Assembly: GCA_963762145.1 (NCBI GenBank)
Contig: CAVXJS010000007.1
Location: 256,001 to 320,000, forward strand
Direction: 5' to 3'
Source: an uncultured Candidatus Rokubacteria bacterium
Lineage (GTDB): Bacteria; Methylomirabilota; Methylomirabilia; Rokubacteriales; CSP1-6
DNA length: 64,000 nucleotides
Shown: piece by piece, positions 23,413-35,502 of the stretch
Numbering within the stretch: position 1 is the stretch's first letter
How the letters are laid out: each line of letters opens with the position of its first letter
Made by a program: the position numbers and the translations under genes
The notes under the pieces: model-generated
The model's database searches: none
What the model was told of the DNA's origin: nothing
Seen by the model: only the letters and a program-made list of their open reading frames with translations

Positions 23413-24396
23413 ATGAAGCCGGGCGCCGCTGGGTTGTTCGGCCTGGCGGTCCTCCTCGTGATCGCTCCGCTCTGCGCGGAGGCGCAGGCGCCGAGCAAGG
23501 TCTGGCGGGTCGCGGTGCTCACCGCCGGCATGCCGCGCTCGGAGGCCCCGGTCCGCGCCCTGGAGCAGCGCCTGGCCGAGCTGGGTTACGTCGAGGGCCG
23601 CAACCTCGTGATCGACTTCCGCACCGCGGGGGCCCAGATCGACCGGCTGCCGGCCCTGGCCGCCGAGCTGGTCGGCGGCCGGCCGGACATCTTCGTCACG
23701 GTCTCCACCCAGGGCGGGATGGCCGCGAAGAACGCGACCCGCACCATCCCGATCGTGCTCGCGGCTGTCGGCGACCCCGTCGGGACGGGGATCGTAACCA
23801 GCCTCGGGCGCCCGGGCGGGAACATCACGGGCGTCTCGCTGCTCAACGTCGAGATGAGCGGGAAGGGATTGCAGCTTCTGAAAGAAGCGGTGCCGGCCGC
23901 CTCGCGCGTCGCGGTGCTGTGGAGCTCGGGGAATCGGCTCCACCAGGAGGGCCGTACGGCCACCGAGGCGGCCGCCGCGACATTGAAGGTCGGCCTCCAG
24001 TTCCTCGACGTGCGGGGGCCGGACGATCTGTCGAAGGTGTTCGACACGATCGCGCGACAGCGAGCCGACGGCCTTCTGCTGCTCCCCGATACCGTCAGCA
24101 ACGCACACCGAAAGCCGATCGTTGCCTTCGCGGCCAGCCGCCGGCTCCCCACCATGTATGCCTTCCGCGAGGCGGTGGATGAGGGCGGACTCATGTGCTA
24201 TGGCCCGAACCTGGTCGAGAACTTCCGGGCGGCCGCCGGGTACGTCGACAAGATTCTCAAGGGCGCCACGGTCGGGGACCTGCCCATCGCCCAGGCGACC
24301 AAGTTCGATCTGGTCATCAACCTCAAGACCGCCAAGGCCCTCGGCCTGACCATCCCTCCGTCGCTCCTCCTGCAGGCCGACCAGGTGATCGAGTGA
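23413..24396 (+). CDS. ABC transporter substrate-binding protein (ABC_sub_bind type), orphan
   Basis: Signal peptide; LGYVEGRNL, DPVG.G...SL.RPGGNITG, INLKTAKALGLTIPPSLL. Confidence 0.88.
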   Translation: MKPGAAGLFGLAVLLVIAPLCAEAQAPSKVWRVAVLTAGMPRSEAPVRALEQRLAELGYVEGRNLVIDFRTAGAQIDRLPALAAELVGGRPDIFVTVSTQGGMAAKNATRTIPIVLAAVGDPVGTGIVTSLGRPGGNITGVSLLNVEMSGKGLQLLKEAVPAASRVAVLWSSGNRLHQEGRTATEAAAATLKVGLQFLDVRGPDDLSKVFDTIARQRADGLLLLPDTVSNAHRKPIVAFAASRRLPTMYAFREAVDEGGLMCYGPNLVENFRAAAGYVDKILKGATVGDLPIAQATKFDLVINLKTAKALGLTIPPSLLLQADQVIE

Positions 24397-24620
24397 CGGC
24401 CTATGACGGCAAGCGGTCCCGCGAGGCCGACTGACGCCTCGCCGCGCGCGGGGATCAGGTAGGGGTACTGGGCCAGCCGCCAGCCCCAGTTGGTAGCCGG
24501 TGCGACCCTCCGGAAATCACCGCGGCCGTCCAGATATGCCGGTCTGGGCGACGGGCCATGCGACGATAAATCAGTTTCGGGAACTCGGCGGTATCACGCC
24601 CACGCGCGAGGGAGCAGGTC

Positions 24621-25019
24621 ATGAAGCGTTCAACGGTGATCCTGGCGGCATGGCTCGGGTGGTTGATGATCGCGTCGGCCACGGAAGCGACTCCGTTCAC
24701 GGCGATCGGCGACCACGACGCTCTGTTCTCGTGGACCCCGTCCGCGACGATGAGCGCCGTACCCGATGCCCCCGCGCTCGTCCCGCTCGACCCGGTAGAC
24801 AGTGCAGTCGTCGTGGGCCCGGTCCGGGGCGAGCGCTTCAGCGTGCACGTGTCCGAGCTCGAGAACCCCGGCGACCAGCTGGCCTTCGATCTTGCCGCGT
24901 TGACCATCGACCCGCACGCGAGCCGGGTCGTCCCGGGACCGACGGCCCTCGCGCTCATGGGCGCCGGACTCGCCGGCCTGGGGTTCACGCTCTGGCGGAA
25001 GCACGGCCGGGTCGCCTGA
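24621..25019 (+). CDS. Small exported protein with PEP-CTERM-like sorting signal
   Basis: N-terminal signal peptide; C-terminal VPGPTALALMGAGLAGLGFTLWRK (motif, TM helix, basic tail). Confidence 0.7.
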   Translation: MKRSTVILAAWLGWLMIASATEATPFTAIGDHDALFSWTPSATMSAVPDAPALVPLDPVDSAVVVGPVRGERFSVHVSELENPGDQLAFDLAALTIDPHASRVVPGPTALALMGAGLAGLGFTLWRKHGRVA

Positions 25020-25041
25020 GGGCGGCCGCCTAGACGTTTCC

Positions 25042-25050
25042 TGCTAGAAT
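25042..25050 (+). promoter_or_regulatory. Extended -10 promoter (leaderless)
   Basis: TGcTAGAAT, 7 nt before ATG 25058; no SD. Confidence 0.6.
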
Positions 25051-25057
25051 CGGCCGC

Positions 25058-26611
25058 ATGGCGGCGGCCATCGAGGTCCCCGATCGTTTCAACGCCGCCA
25101 CCCACTTCCTCGACCGGCACGTCCGCGAAGGGCGCGGCGCGCGCATCGCCTTCCGCTTCGAAGGCCGCGACGTCACCTACGGGGCGATCGCCCTCCGTGC
25201 CAATCGCCTCGGACACGCGCTCCTGGCCCGCGACCTCCAGATCGAGCAGCGCGTGCTGCTGGCCCTGCCGGACCGGCCCGAGTTCGCCGAGTCCTTCTGG
25301 GGCGCGATGAAGATCGGGGCGGTGCCGGTCCCGGTGAGCGACGGGCTGCCGGCCGAGGAGCTCGCCTTCCTCCTCCAGGACAGTCGCGCCCGCGCGGTGA
25401 TCGCCTCGGAGGCGGCGGCCACCGAGATCCTCAAGATCCGGGCGCAGTGCCCGGCGCTCGAGAGTGTCGTCATCGTGGGCGGCCGACGGCGGGGCGCGCT
25501 CGACTACGAGCGCTTGCTGGAGAAGGCTTCGCCTCAGCTGGCCGCGGCGGACACGAGTCGGGACGACGTGGCGCTCTGGCTCTACACCTCGGGCTCCACC
25601 GGACGGCCGAAGGCCGCGGTGCACCTGCACCACGGCCTGTTCCACGCGGCGGAGCGGGTGGGGCGGGGCGTCTTCGGCATCTCGGCGGACGACGTGATCT
25701 TCTCGGCGTCCAAGCTGCACTTCGCGTTCGGCCTGGGCAACTCGCTCTACTTCCCGGCGCTGGTGGGGGCCACGTCGGTGCTGATGTCGGAGCGCCCGGA
25801 GCCCGAGCGCATCTTCGAGCTGATCCAGGCCGAGCGCCCGACCTTGCTGTTCGCGGTCGCCACGGTCTATCGCCGGCTTCTGCAGGTGGAAGGGGCGGAG
25901 CGGCGCTTCGATCTCTCCTCTCTCCGGCTCTGCGTGTCCTCGGGGGAGGCGCTGCCCGCCGCGATCTTCCACGCGTGGAAGTCGCGCTTCGGCCACGAGC
26001 TGCTGGACGTGATGGGCTCCACCGAGGCGCTGCACGACTACATCGCCAACCGGCCCGGCGAGGCACGCCCCGGATCGAGCGGGCGGGTGATTCCGGGTTA
26101 CGAGGCGCGGCTGGTGGACGACCAGGACCGGCCGGTCGCGCCCGGGTTCGCGGGGCAGCTCCTGATCAAGGGCGGCTCCACCGCGGCCGGCTACTGGAAC
26201 CGGCACGAGCGCACGCGGGCCACGATGCAGGGCGAGTGGCTGCGCACCGGCGACATGTTCTTCCAGGACGGCGACGGGTACTTCTACTTCTGCGGGCGGG
26301 CCGACGACATGCTGAAGGTCGGCGGCATGTGGGTATCGCCGGTCGAGATCGAGGCGTGCCTGGGCGAGCACGCGGCGGTGCTCGAGGCCGCGGTGGTCGG
26401 GCGCGGAGACGCCGACGGACTCACCAAGGCCCACGCCTTCTGCGTGCTGCGTGACGGCGAGCGCGGCACCGAGGCGCTCGCCGCCGAGCTGCAGGCGCTG
26501 GTGCGCAAGCGCCTGGCCGGCTACAAGTCGCCGCGGTGGATCGACTTCGTGGCCGAGCTGCCCAAGACCACCACCGGCAAGATCCAGCGGTTCGCCTTGC
26601 GGCCGCGCTAG
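25058..26611 (+). CDS. Benzoate-CoA ligase family protein
   Basis: [62 protein letters not shown]. Confidence 0.9.
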   Translation: MAAAIEVPDRFNAATHFLDRHVREGRGARIAFRFEGRDVTYGAIALRANRLGHALLARDLQIEQRVLLALPDRPEFAESFWGAMKIGAVPVPVSDGLPAEELAFLLQDSRARAVIASEAAATEILKIRAQCPALESVVIVGGRRRGALDYERLLEKASPQLAAADTSRDDVALWLYTSGSTGRPKAAVHLHHGLFHAAERVGRGVFGISADDVIFSASKLHFAFGLGNSLYFPALVGATSVLMSERPEPERIFELIQAERPTLLFAVATVYRRLLQVEGAERRFDLSSLRLCVSSGEALPAAIFHAWKSRFGHELLDVMGSTEALHDYIANRPGEARPGSSGRVIPGYEARLVDDQDRPVAPGFAGQLLIKGGSTAAGYWNRHERTRATMQGEWLRTGDMFFQDGDGYFYFCGRADDMLKVGGMWVSPVEIEACLGEHAAVLEAAVVGRGDADGLTKAHAFCVLRDGERGTEALAAELQALVRKRLAGYKSPRWIDFVAELPKTTTGKIQRFALRPR

Positions 26612-26612
26612 G

Positions 26613-27409
<797 letters not shown>

Positions 27410-27410
<1 letters not shown>

Positions 27411-28208
27411 TGGCGGTGGAGCGCTTCATCGTGGCCGACCGCACCGCGTTTCTGCGGCGGCCGGACCACCGCACGGTGCGGGTCCTCGCCCTGGCGGGCC
27501 TGGTCATCCTCTGGGAGCTCGTCACGCGCACCGGCTTCGTCTCCTCGCTCTTTCTGCCGTCCCCGATCGGGGTGCTGGCGGAGGGCTGGGACATGGCGCG
27601 TCTCCGGCCAGCTTCACGTGCACCTCGTGACGAGCCTCGAGCGCCTGGCGTGGGGCTTCGCGATCGGCGCCCTGGCCGGCATCAGCGTGGGCGTGGCGGT
27701 GGGCTTCTTCTCCCTGGCCGACGCGGTGGTGCAGCCGCTCATCGCCGCCACGTTCCCGATCCCGAAGATCGCGCTGCTGCCGCTGCTGATCCTCTGGCTC
27801 GGCATCGGGGAGGCCTCGAAGGTCGCGGTGGTGGCGCTCGGCGTGTTCTTCCCGATGGCGATCAACACCTACTCGGGCGTGCGCCAGGCCGATCCGCTGC
27901 TGATCCGCGCCGCCGTCTCCTTCGGCGCGGGGCGGTGGAGCGTGATCCGCAAGGTCATCCTGCCCTCGGCCCTGCCGATGGTCTTCGCGGGCCTGCGGCT
28001 GGGCGCGGGCATCGCGCTGCTCCTGCTGGTGGCCGCCGAGCAGATCGCGGCCGACGCGGGCATCGGCTTCCTGATTCTCCAGTCCGGCAACCTGATGGAA
28101 ACCACCAAGCTCATGGTCGGCATCGTCGTGCTCTCGCTGCTCGGCGTCCTGTCGCACTGGGGACTCTCCGGGCTCGAGCGCGCGGTGATCCGCTGGCGGC
28201 ACACCTGA
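27410..28208 (+). CDS. NitT/TauT-family ABC permease (frameshift near 27600)
   Basis: LFLPSP, PIPKIALLPL, A.SFGA...VI.KVILP.ALP (EAA-loop region), LLVAAE. Confidence 0.9.
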
Positions 28209-28222
28209 TCGGAGGCTCCGGC

Positions 28223-29268
28223 ATGCGACGACTCTCCCGGCTGGTCCTGGCCACGCGCCGCGCTCGCGGGCGGCATCATGCTCTCGGCCCACGCGGAGGC
28301 GCAATCGCCCGCGCCGCCCCCCACACCGCTGAAGGTCGGCGTGCTCAAGCTCACGTCCTCGGCGCCGATCTTCATCGGGGTCGAGAAGGGCTACTTCAAG
28401 GAGTTCGGCGTCGAGCCGGAGCTGGTCTACTTCCAGGCCGCCGCGCCCATCGCCACCGCGCTGGCCGCGGGCCAGCTCGACGTGGGAGCGACCGGCCTCA
28501 CCGCCGCGCTCTACAACATCGTGCTGGGTGGCGAGAAGCTCTGGATCGTGGCCGACAAGGGTCGCGAGTGGCCGGGGTACCCGCTCGTGGCCATCGTGGT
28601 GCAGAAGGAGCTGTGGGACGGCGGCCTGCGGTCCATCAAGGACCTCAAGGGCAAGCGGATCGGCGTGACCCAGATCGGCTCCACGTTCCACTACCACATC
28701 GGCAACATCCTCGAGAAGGATGGGCTGACGCTGGCCGACGTGAAGATCGTGCCGCTCCAGGCCATGCCGGCCACGATGGAGGCGCTGAAGGGCAAGCAGG
28801 TCGACGCGATCCTGGTGCCGCAGCCCTTCCCGGGTGCCGCGGAGGCGCAGGGCTTCGGCAAGATCATGGCCTGGGCGGGCGATCTCTATCCCTGGCAGAT
28901 CGCGACCATCTTCTACTCGGGGAAGCTTCGCCACCGATCGCGCCCGTGCGGTGGCCTTCATGAAGGGTTACGTGAAGGCCTCGCGCCACTACTACGACGC
29001 CGCGCTGGTCCAGAAGGACGGCCGCCCGGCGCCCGGCGCCGGCTATGAAGAAGTCGTGCAGATCACCGCGAAGTACACCGGCGCCCGGCCGGAGGTCATC
29101 CGGCTCGGGTTCCCCTTCCAGGATCGAAACGGCCGCCTGCTCGTGCCGGACATCGAGCGGCAGATGGCCTGGTGGACCGCCAACGGCTTCATGAAGAAGA
29201 CGCTGCCGCTCCGGTCCGTCGTGGACACCTCCTTCGTGGAGGAGGCCGTGAAGGCGCTCGACAAGTAA
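28223..29268 (+). CDS. NitT/TauT (SsuA/NMT1-like) ABC substrate-binding protein (frameshifted)
   Basis: APIFIGVEKGYF, AL.AGQLDVG, SIKDLKGKRIGV; joins ORF 28834-29268. Confidence 0.88.
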
Positions 29269-29296
29269 AATAAGTCAGCCGGGGCGCGGGTTTAGC

Positions 29297-29305
29297 TGCT
29301 ATCAT
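29297..29305 (+). promoter_or_regulatory. Extended -10 promoter (near-leaderless)
   Basis: TGcTATCAT, 9 nt before GTG 29315. Confidence 0.55.
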
Positions 29306-29314
29306 GCTCTGGAC

Positions 29315-30836
29315 GTGAGCGCCCCGTTCAGCAAGGTCCTCATCGCGAATCGCGGCGAGATCGCCGTCCGGGTCATCCGGGCGTGCCGCGAGCTCGGCAT
29401 CAAGACCGTCGCCGTCTTCTCCGAGGCCGACCGCGAGTCCCTCCACGTGCTGCTCGCGAATGAGGCGGTGCCGATCGGCCCGCCGCCGGCCAGCGAGAGC
29501 TACCTCGTCATCGACAAGCTCATCGCCGCCGCCCGTGCCACGGGGGCCGACGCGGTGCATCCGGGCTATGGCTTCCTGGCCGAGAACGCGAGCTTCGCCC
29601 AGGCTTGCCTGGACGCCAAGCTGGCCTTCATCGGCCCGCCGCCCGCCGCCATCCGTGCGATGGGGGACAAGATGGCCGCCCGGCGGGTCGCCATCAAGAT
29701 GGGCGTGCCGGTCGTGCCCGGCACCGAGCAGCCGGTCTCGGACGACGCGGAGGCCGCGCGGGTGGCCGAGGGCGTGGGCTATCCGGTGATGCTGAAGGCC
29801 GCGATGGGCGGCGGCGGCAAGGGCATGCGCCTGGTGCGCGACGCCCGGCGAGCTCACGGGGGCGTTGCGGGCCGCGCGCGCGGAGGCGAGCGCCGCGTTC
29901 GGCGATGCCTCCGTCTACATCGAGCACTACGTCGAGGAGCCGCGCCACATCGAGATCCAGGTGCTGGCGGACGCGCACGGCGGGGTCGTGTACCTGGGCG
30001 AGCGCGAGTGCTCGATCCAGCGCCGCCACCAGAAGCTGGTCGAGGAGAGCCCGTCGCCGTTCGTGACCCCGGAGATGCGGTGCCGCATGGGCGAGGCGGC
30101 CTGCCGGGTGGCCGCCTCGGTCGGCTACGTCAACGCGGGGACCGTCGAGTTCCTGGTGGACCGCGAGCGCAACTTCTACTTTCTCGAGATGAACACGCGC
30201 CTGCAGGTGGAGCACCCGGTGACCGAGCTGGTGACCGGGCGCGATCTCGTGAAGGACCAGCTCCGCATCGCGGCGGGGGAGAAGCTCGGCTTCGGGCAGG
30301 ACGACGTCGCGCTGCGCGGGTGGGCAATCGAGTGCCGGGTCAACGCGGAGGATCCGTTCGCCTCGTTCATCCCGTCGCCGGGCAAGGTCGTGGGGCTGCG
30401 GGCACCGGGCGGGCCCTGGGTGCGCGACGACACCGGCGTGTACGCGGGCTGCACGATCCCGCGCTTCTACGACACGCTGATGGCCAAGCTCATCGTGTGG
30501 GGCCCCGACCGCGACGCGGCGATCGCGCGCATGACCCGCGCGCTGGGCGAGTACACGGTGGCCGGCGTGCAGACCACGATCCCGATCCTCCAGCGCATCG
30601 TCGCGCATCCGGACTTCGTGGCGGGCCGCCTCTCCACCGGCTTCATGGAGCGCCTGCTGTCGGCCGACAAGCCGGAGGCGGCCGGCCGGCACCGCACGAT
30701 CGCGCTGATCGCGGCGGCGCTGACCGCCTACGAGCGCGCGGGGCGGCCGGCCGCCGCCGGGGCGTCGCCTGCCGCGCCCGCGCCGACGCCGGGCGCCTGG
30801 CGGCAGGCGCTGCGGCCGGGGTGGAGGAGCCGGTGA
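29315..30836 (+). CDS. accC: Biotin carboxylase subunit of an acyl-CoA carboxylase (frameshift near 29845)
   Basis: KVLIANRGEIA, HPGYGFLAEN, GGGGKGM, ERECSIQRRHQK, EMNTRLQVEHPVTE. Confidence 0.92.
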
Positions 30837-31330
30837 AGTTCGAGGCGCAGGCGGGCGGGGAGACGGTCCCGGTCGAGGTCGCCGGCGCCGACGGCCGCTT
30901 CACCGTCACCATCGGCGGCGAGCGTCTCGCGGTGGACGCGCGCCAGACCGGCGAGGGCATCTGGTCCATCCTGCTGAGCGGCGCCTCCCACGTGGCCGAC
31001 GTCACCGAGCAGGACGGCGTCTACCTGGTGGACGTGGCGGGCGAGCGCTACGCGATTCGCGTCGAGGAGGAGTCGCGCTACATCATCCGCACCCGCGGGG
31101 CCCACGGCCAGGTGGCGGGCCAGGTGCTGAAGGCGCCGATGCCGGGCAAGGTGACCCTGATCGAGGTCGCGGTGGGCCAGGCCGTCGCGCCCGGCGACGG
31201 GCTGATCGTGCTCGAGGCCATGAAGATGGAGAACGAGTTCAAGGCTCAGGTCGCGGGGACGGTGAAGGAGATTCGCGTCGCGCCCGGCCAGGCGGTGAAC
31301 CCGGGTGACGTCCTGCTGGTTATCGAATAG
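30833..31330 (+). CDS. Biotin carboxyl carrier protein with N-terminal BT-like domain
   Basis: KAPMPGKV...[10 protein letters not shown] biotinyl-Lys motif; GTGA overlap with accC. Confidence 0.9.
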   Translation: MKFEAQAGGETVPVEVAGADGRFTVTIGGERLAVDARQTGEGIWSILLSGASHVADVTEQDGVYLVDVAGERYAIRVEEESRYIIRTRGAHGQVAGQVLKAPMPGKVTLIEVAVGQAVAPGDGLIVLEAMKMENEFKAQVAGTVKEIRVAPGQAVNPGDVLLVIE

Positions 31331-31332
31331 CC

Positions 31333-32073
<741 letters not shown>

Positions 32074-32095
32074 GACTTCATCAAGGAGGATGTGC

Positions 32096-32959
32096 ATGCG
32101 GAGAGTGATCGGAGTGGTGATGGTGCTGGCGCTGCTTGCGGTGTCGGTGATGCCGGCGGCGGCGCAACAGAAGGTGACCCTCGACAAGATCGGCGAGACG
32201 GGCACGCTCACGATCGGCACCCGGACCGGGTCGCCGCCGTTCGCCTACGTCAACGCCCGCAACGAGTGGGTCGGCTTCTCGGTCGACCTCGTCGAGGAGC
32301 TGGTCAAGCCCGCGCTCGAGAAGAAGCTCGGCAAGCCGATCAAGGTGGAGAAGAAGGAGAGCACGCCGCCGACCCGCATCCCGCTGCTCTCGTCGGGGGC
32401 GGTGGACCTGATCGCGGGCACGATGACCGACACGCGCACGCGGCGCGACAGCGTGGACTTCTCCATCACCTTCTTCGTCACCGGCGCCCAGTTCCTGGTG
32501 AAGAAGGGGAGCCCGATCAAGGGCATCAAGAACATCGACGGGCGGCGCATCGCGGCCCAGCAGGGCTCGACCAACGCCCGCATCATCCGGGAGAAGGCGC
32601 CCAAGGCGATGCTGCGCGAGTTCCCGGACCAGCCCGCGGCCTTCCAGGCGCTGGTGCAGGGGCAGGTGGACGCCTATACCAACGACGGCATCCAGCTCGC
32701 CGGCCTCAAGACCAAGGCCCCGGATCCGGCCCAGTGGGAGATCGTCGGCGACTTCTTCTCCTACGAGCCCTACGGTATGGCCATGCGAAAGGGCGACGCG
32801 GACTTCCGCAACGTCGTCAACGGCGGGCTGATGGACGGCATCGAGTCCGGCAAGTTCTTCGAGATCTACGAGAAGTGGTTCGGGGCCAAGGGAGAGCTGC
32901 CGTACCCGATGGCGCCCCAGGTCCGGAGCTTCATGCTCCTCCAGGTCGTCCCCAAGTAA
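32096..32959 (+). CDS. Polar amino acid (Glu/Asp-like) ABC substrate-binding protein
   Basis: Signal peptide; SPPFAY, TRIPLL.SG.VD, VDFS..FF, YEPYG; SD GGAGGA. Confidence 0.92.
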   Translation: MRRVIGVVMVLALLAVSVMPAAAQQKVTLDKIGETGTLTIGTRTGSPPFAYVNARNEWVGFSVDLVEELVKPALEKKLGKPIKVEKKESTPPTRIPLLSSGAVDLIAGTMTDTRTRRDSVDFSITFFVTGAQFLVKKGSPIKGIKNIDGRRIAAQQGSTNARIIREKAPKAMLREFPDQPAAFQALVQGQVDAYTNDGIQLAGLKTKAPDPAQWEIVGDFFSYEPYGMAMRKGDADFRNVVNGGLMDGIESGKFFEIYEKWFGAKGELPYPMAPQVRSFMLLQVVPK

Positions 32960-32973
32960 AGGGAGCTCAACCA

Positions 32974-33059
32974 CCCCTCACCCTACCCTCTCCCCTGAGG
33001 GGAGAGGGTTTGAACGTCTTCCTCTCCCCCGTCGAGGGGGAGAGGGCAGGGTGAGGGGG
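32974..33059. repeat. Palindromic element family B, inverted dimer
   Basis: CCCCTCACCCTACCCTCTCCCC..GGGGAGAGGG, spacer, CCTCTCCCCC..GGGGGAGAGGGCAGGGTGAGGGG, between the SBP and permease genes. Confidence 0.9.
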
Positions 33060-33069
33060 AAGCTCGACG

Positions 33070-33792
33070 ATGAACTACCAGTTCAAGTGGTCGGTGCTCT
33101 GGACCGGCGAGTCCGGCCAGTGGCTGCTGAGCGGCCTCATCACCACGCTCGAGCTGTCGGCGGTCGCGTGGCTGATCGCGGTGGTTCTCGGGATCGTCTC
33201 CGGCTCGCTCCGCACCGTGCGCTTCTGGCCTCTGCGCGCGGCCGCCACGTTCTACGTGGAGTTCTTCCGCAACGTCCCGCTGCTGGTGTGGATGTTCTTC
33301 TGGTACTTCGCGGTCCCGCCGCTGCTGCCCGACGCGGCCCAGCAATGGCTCTTCGCCAACGGGCTCGAGTTCTGGGCCGCGGTGTTCGCGCTCGGCGTCT
33401 ACAGCGGGGCGCGCTTCTCCGAGGTCCTCCGCTCCGGCATCCAGTCCATCCCGCGCACGCAGCTCGAGGCGTCGGTGGCCTCGGGGCTCACCACCTTCCA
33501 GGCCTACCGCTTCGTCATCCTGCCGGTGGCGCTGCGGATCATCATCCCGCCCGGGACCAACGAGTCCCTGAACCTGCTCAAGAACTCGTCGGTCGCGCTC
33601 ACGATCAGCGTGGCCGAGCTCACGTTCCAGACGCGGCAGATCGAGACTTACACCGCCAAGGCGATCGAGGCGCTCACCGCGGGCACGCTCATCTACCTGG
33701 TGCTCTGTGTCTCGCTCGCCTCGATCATGTCCTGGGTCGAGCGCCGCACCGCGATTCCGGGCCTGATCGTCGGCGGGCGGCAGCGTCGCTGA
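33070..33792 (+). CDS. Polar amino acid ABC permease (GltJ-like)
   Basis: YVEFFRNVPLLV, E..RSGIQSIP..Q.EA, LKNSS. Confidence 0.93.
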   Translation: MNYQFKWSVLWTGESGQWLLSGLITTLELSAVAWLIAVVLGIVSGSLRTVRFWPLRAAATFYVEFFRNVPLLVWMFFWYFAVPPLLPDAAQQWLFANGLEFWAAVFALGVYSGARFSEVLRSGIQSIPRTQLEASVASGLTTFQAYRFVILPVALRIIIPPGTNESLNLLKNSSVALTISVAELTFQTRQIETYTAKAIEALTAGTLIYLVLCVSLASIMSWVERRTAIPGLIVGGRQRR

Positions 33793-34549
33793 TGAGCCAG
33801 ATCGCCATCTCGATCAATGTGATGGGGGGGTCTGGGGGAGGAGCGGCGCCGCTCCCCCCCAGTCGAGAATAATTCTCGATCTCGACGTCATCTGGCGGAA
33901 TCTCCCGTTTCTGATGCTCCAGGGCTTCCTGGGCATCGGCAACTTCGTGGGCGGCACGCTGCGGCTCGCCATCCCGTCCATCATCCTGGGATTCGCGCTG
34001 GGGATCTTCATCGGCATCGCGCGCCTGGCTCCCCAGTGGTGGATCCGGATGCCGGCGACGGTCTACGTGGAGTTCTTCCGGGGTGTCCCGCTGGTGATGG
34101 TGATCTTCTGGATGTGGTTCATCATGCCGATCGTGCTCAAGACGTCCATCCCGGAGTTCGGGGTGGCGCTGACCGCGTTCGTGGTCTTCGAGGCCGCCTA
34201 CCTGGGCGAGATCGTGCGCGCGGGCATCCAGTCGGTGCCCCGCGGCCAGGTGGAGGCGGCTACCGCGCTCGGGCTCAGCGGGGCGCAGGGCATGCGCTAC
34301 GTGATCCTGCCCCAGGCGCTCAAGAACATGATCCCGTCGCTGGTGACCCAGTTCATCGTGCTCTTCAAGGACACCTCGCTCGCCTCGATCATCGGCTTCA
34401 TGGATCTGACCAAGGCCGCGCAGGTGGTGAACAACCGCGAGATCCGGCCGTTCCCGATCTACCTCTTCATCGCGGTGGTCTACTGGGTCTGCACCTACTC
34501 CATGTCCCGGTACGCGCGGTACCTGGAGAAGAGGATCGGCCCTGCCTGA
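33792..34549 (+). CDS. Polar amino acid ABC permease (GltK-like); N-terminus contains a hairpin insert and homopolymer frameshifts
   Basis: YVEFFRGVPLV, EAAYLGEIVRAGIQS, FKDTSL; ATG 33792 overlaps the upstream stop; DVIWRNLPF lies upstream of ATG 33914 in the body frame. Confidence 0.88.
33824..33862. repeat. GC-rich hairpin element (type C) inside the permease 5' end
   Basis: GGGGGGTCTGGGGGAGGAGCGG-CG-CCGCTCCCCCCCAG stem-loop; only one copy in the window. Confidence 0.65.
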
Positions 34550-35390
34550 AGTCGACCTGCCCACCGGCGTCCGCCTCCACTGGCGGGAGGCCGGCCTCGC
34601 CGCGGGGTCGCCCGCTTCTGCTCCGGTGGTCGTCTGGATCCACGGGGGGTCGGTGGAGGACTCCTCGGTGATGGTGGCGGATCTCGAGCCCTTCTTCGGG
34701 CGCGTGCGCGCGCTGTTCCCCGACACGCGGGGCCACGGGCTCTCGTCGCGCTTCGAGCGGGTGGAGGACTACACCTACCCGCGCAAGGCCCTGGACCTGC
34801 TGGCGTGGCTCGACGGGCTCGGGATCCGCGAGGCGGTGTGGGGCGGGGCGTCCATGGGCGGCGCGCTCTCGCTGTGGATCGCCGCGCACGCGCCGGAGCG
34901 CGCGCGGGCGGTGATCTCGATCAGCGGGCCGCCCTTCGTGCCGACCGACGAGGACAAGGCGTGGTGGACCCGCCAGCGGCCGCTGGTGGAGGCGGGCCGC
35001 TTCGAGGAGTACTTCGACGCCAACGTGCGCCTGCGCATGGGCGAGGCCGCGCTGGCCCGGCTCAAAGCGCGTCCCGATCGGTACGCGGAGCTGACCGGCG
35101 CGCTGCGCCGCCACTCGGTGGCCTCGCTGCTCGCGCTGCTCGACGAGACCTACAGCCGCGGGGAGTGGCTCGACGAGTGCCGCCGCATTCGCTGCCCGGT
35201 CCAGGTCATCGCGGGCTCGGAGGACAGCTTCCCCACCGTGGCCATGTCCCGCCGCGTGGCCGAAGCCATCCCCGGCGCCCGTCTTCACGTGGTGGAGGGC
35301 GGCCCCCACTTCCCCAACCGCACCCACCGCGCCGAAGTCCAGGCCGTCATCGCCGCCTTCCTCGACGACCTAGACGGGGTCAGGTCTTGA
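34542..35390 (+). CDS. Alpha/beta hydrolase
   Basis: GVRLHWREAG, WIHGG, DTRGHGLS, GASMGG nucleophile elbow, GSED, GPHF; probable CTG start; stop lies inside family-A copy 2. Confidence 0.88.
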   Translation: MPEVDLPTGVRLHWREAGLAAGSPASAPVVVWIHGGSVEDSSVMVADLEPFFGRVRALFPDTRGHGLSSRFERVEDYTYPRKALDLLAWLDGLGIREAVWGGASMGGALSLWIAAHAPERARAVISISGPPFVPTDEDKAWWTRQRPLVEAGRFEEYFDANVRLRMGEAALARLKARPDRYAELTGALRRHSVASLLALLDETYSRGEWLDECRRIRCPVQVIAGSEDSFPTVAMSRRVAEAIPGARLHVVEGGPHFPNRTHRAEVQAVIAAFLDDLDGVRS

Positions 35391-35459
35391 ATTGCGACAT
35401 TGTGTCGGCTCGAGGCGAGGTCGACCGAGCGGAAATGTCGTAATTCAAGACCTGACCCC
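35376..35459. repeat. Palindromic element family A, copy 2
   Basis: GGGGTCAGGTCTTGAATTGCGACATT (35376-35401) / AATGTCGTAATTCAAGACCTGACCCC (35434-35459), one G-T mismatch. Confidence 0.95.
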
Positions 35460-35502
35460 AGAGTTGCGGGGCGGGCGGGGGCGGGATAGAGTCCGAGGCG
35501 CG

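Noticed and set aside
29315-31330. 671-aa biotin carboxylase-carrier fusion ORF
   Set aside because: Its middle is off-frame nonsense; the real carboxylase continues in ORF 29865-30836 and stops before the carrier
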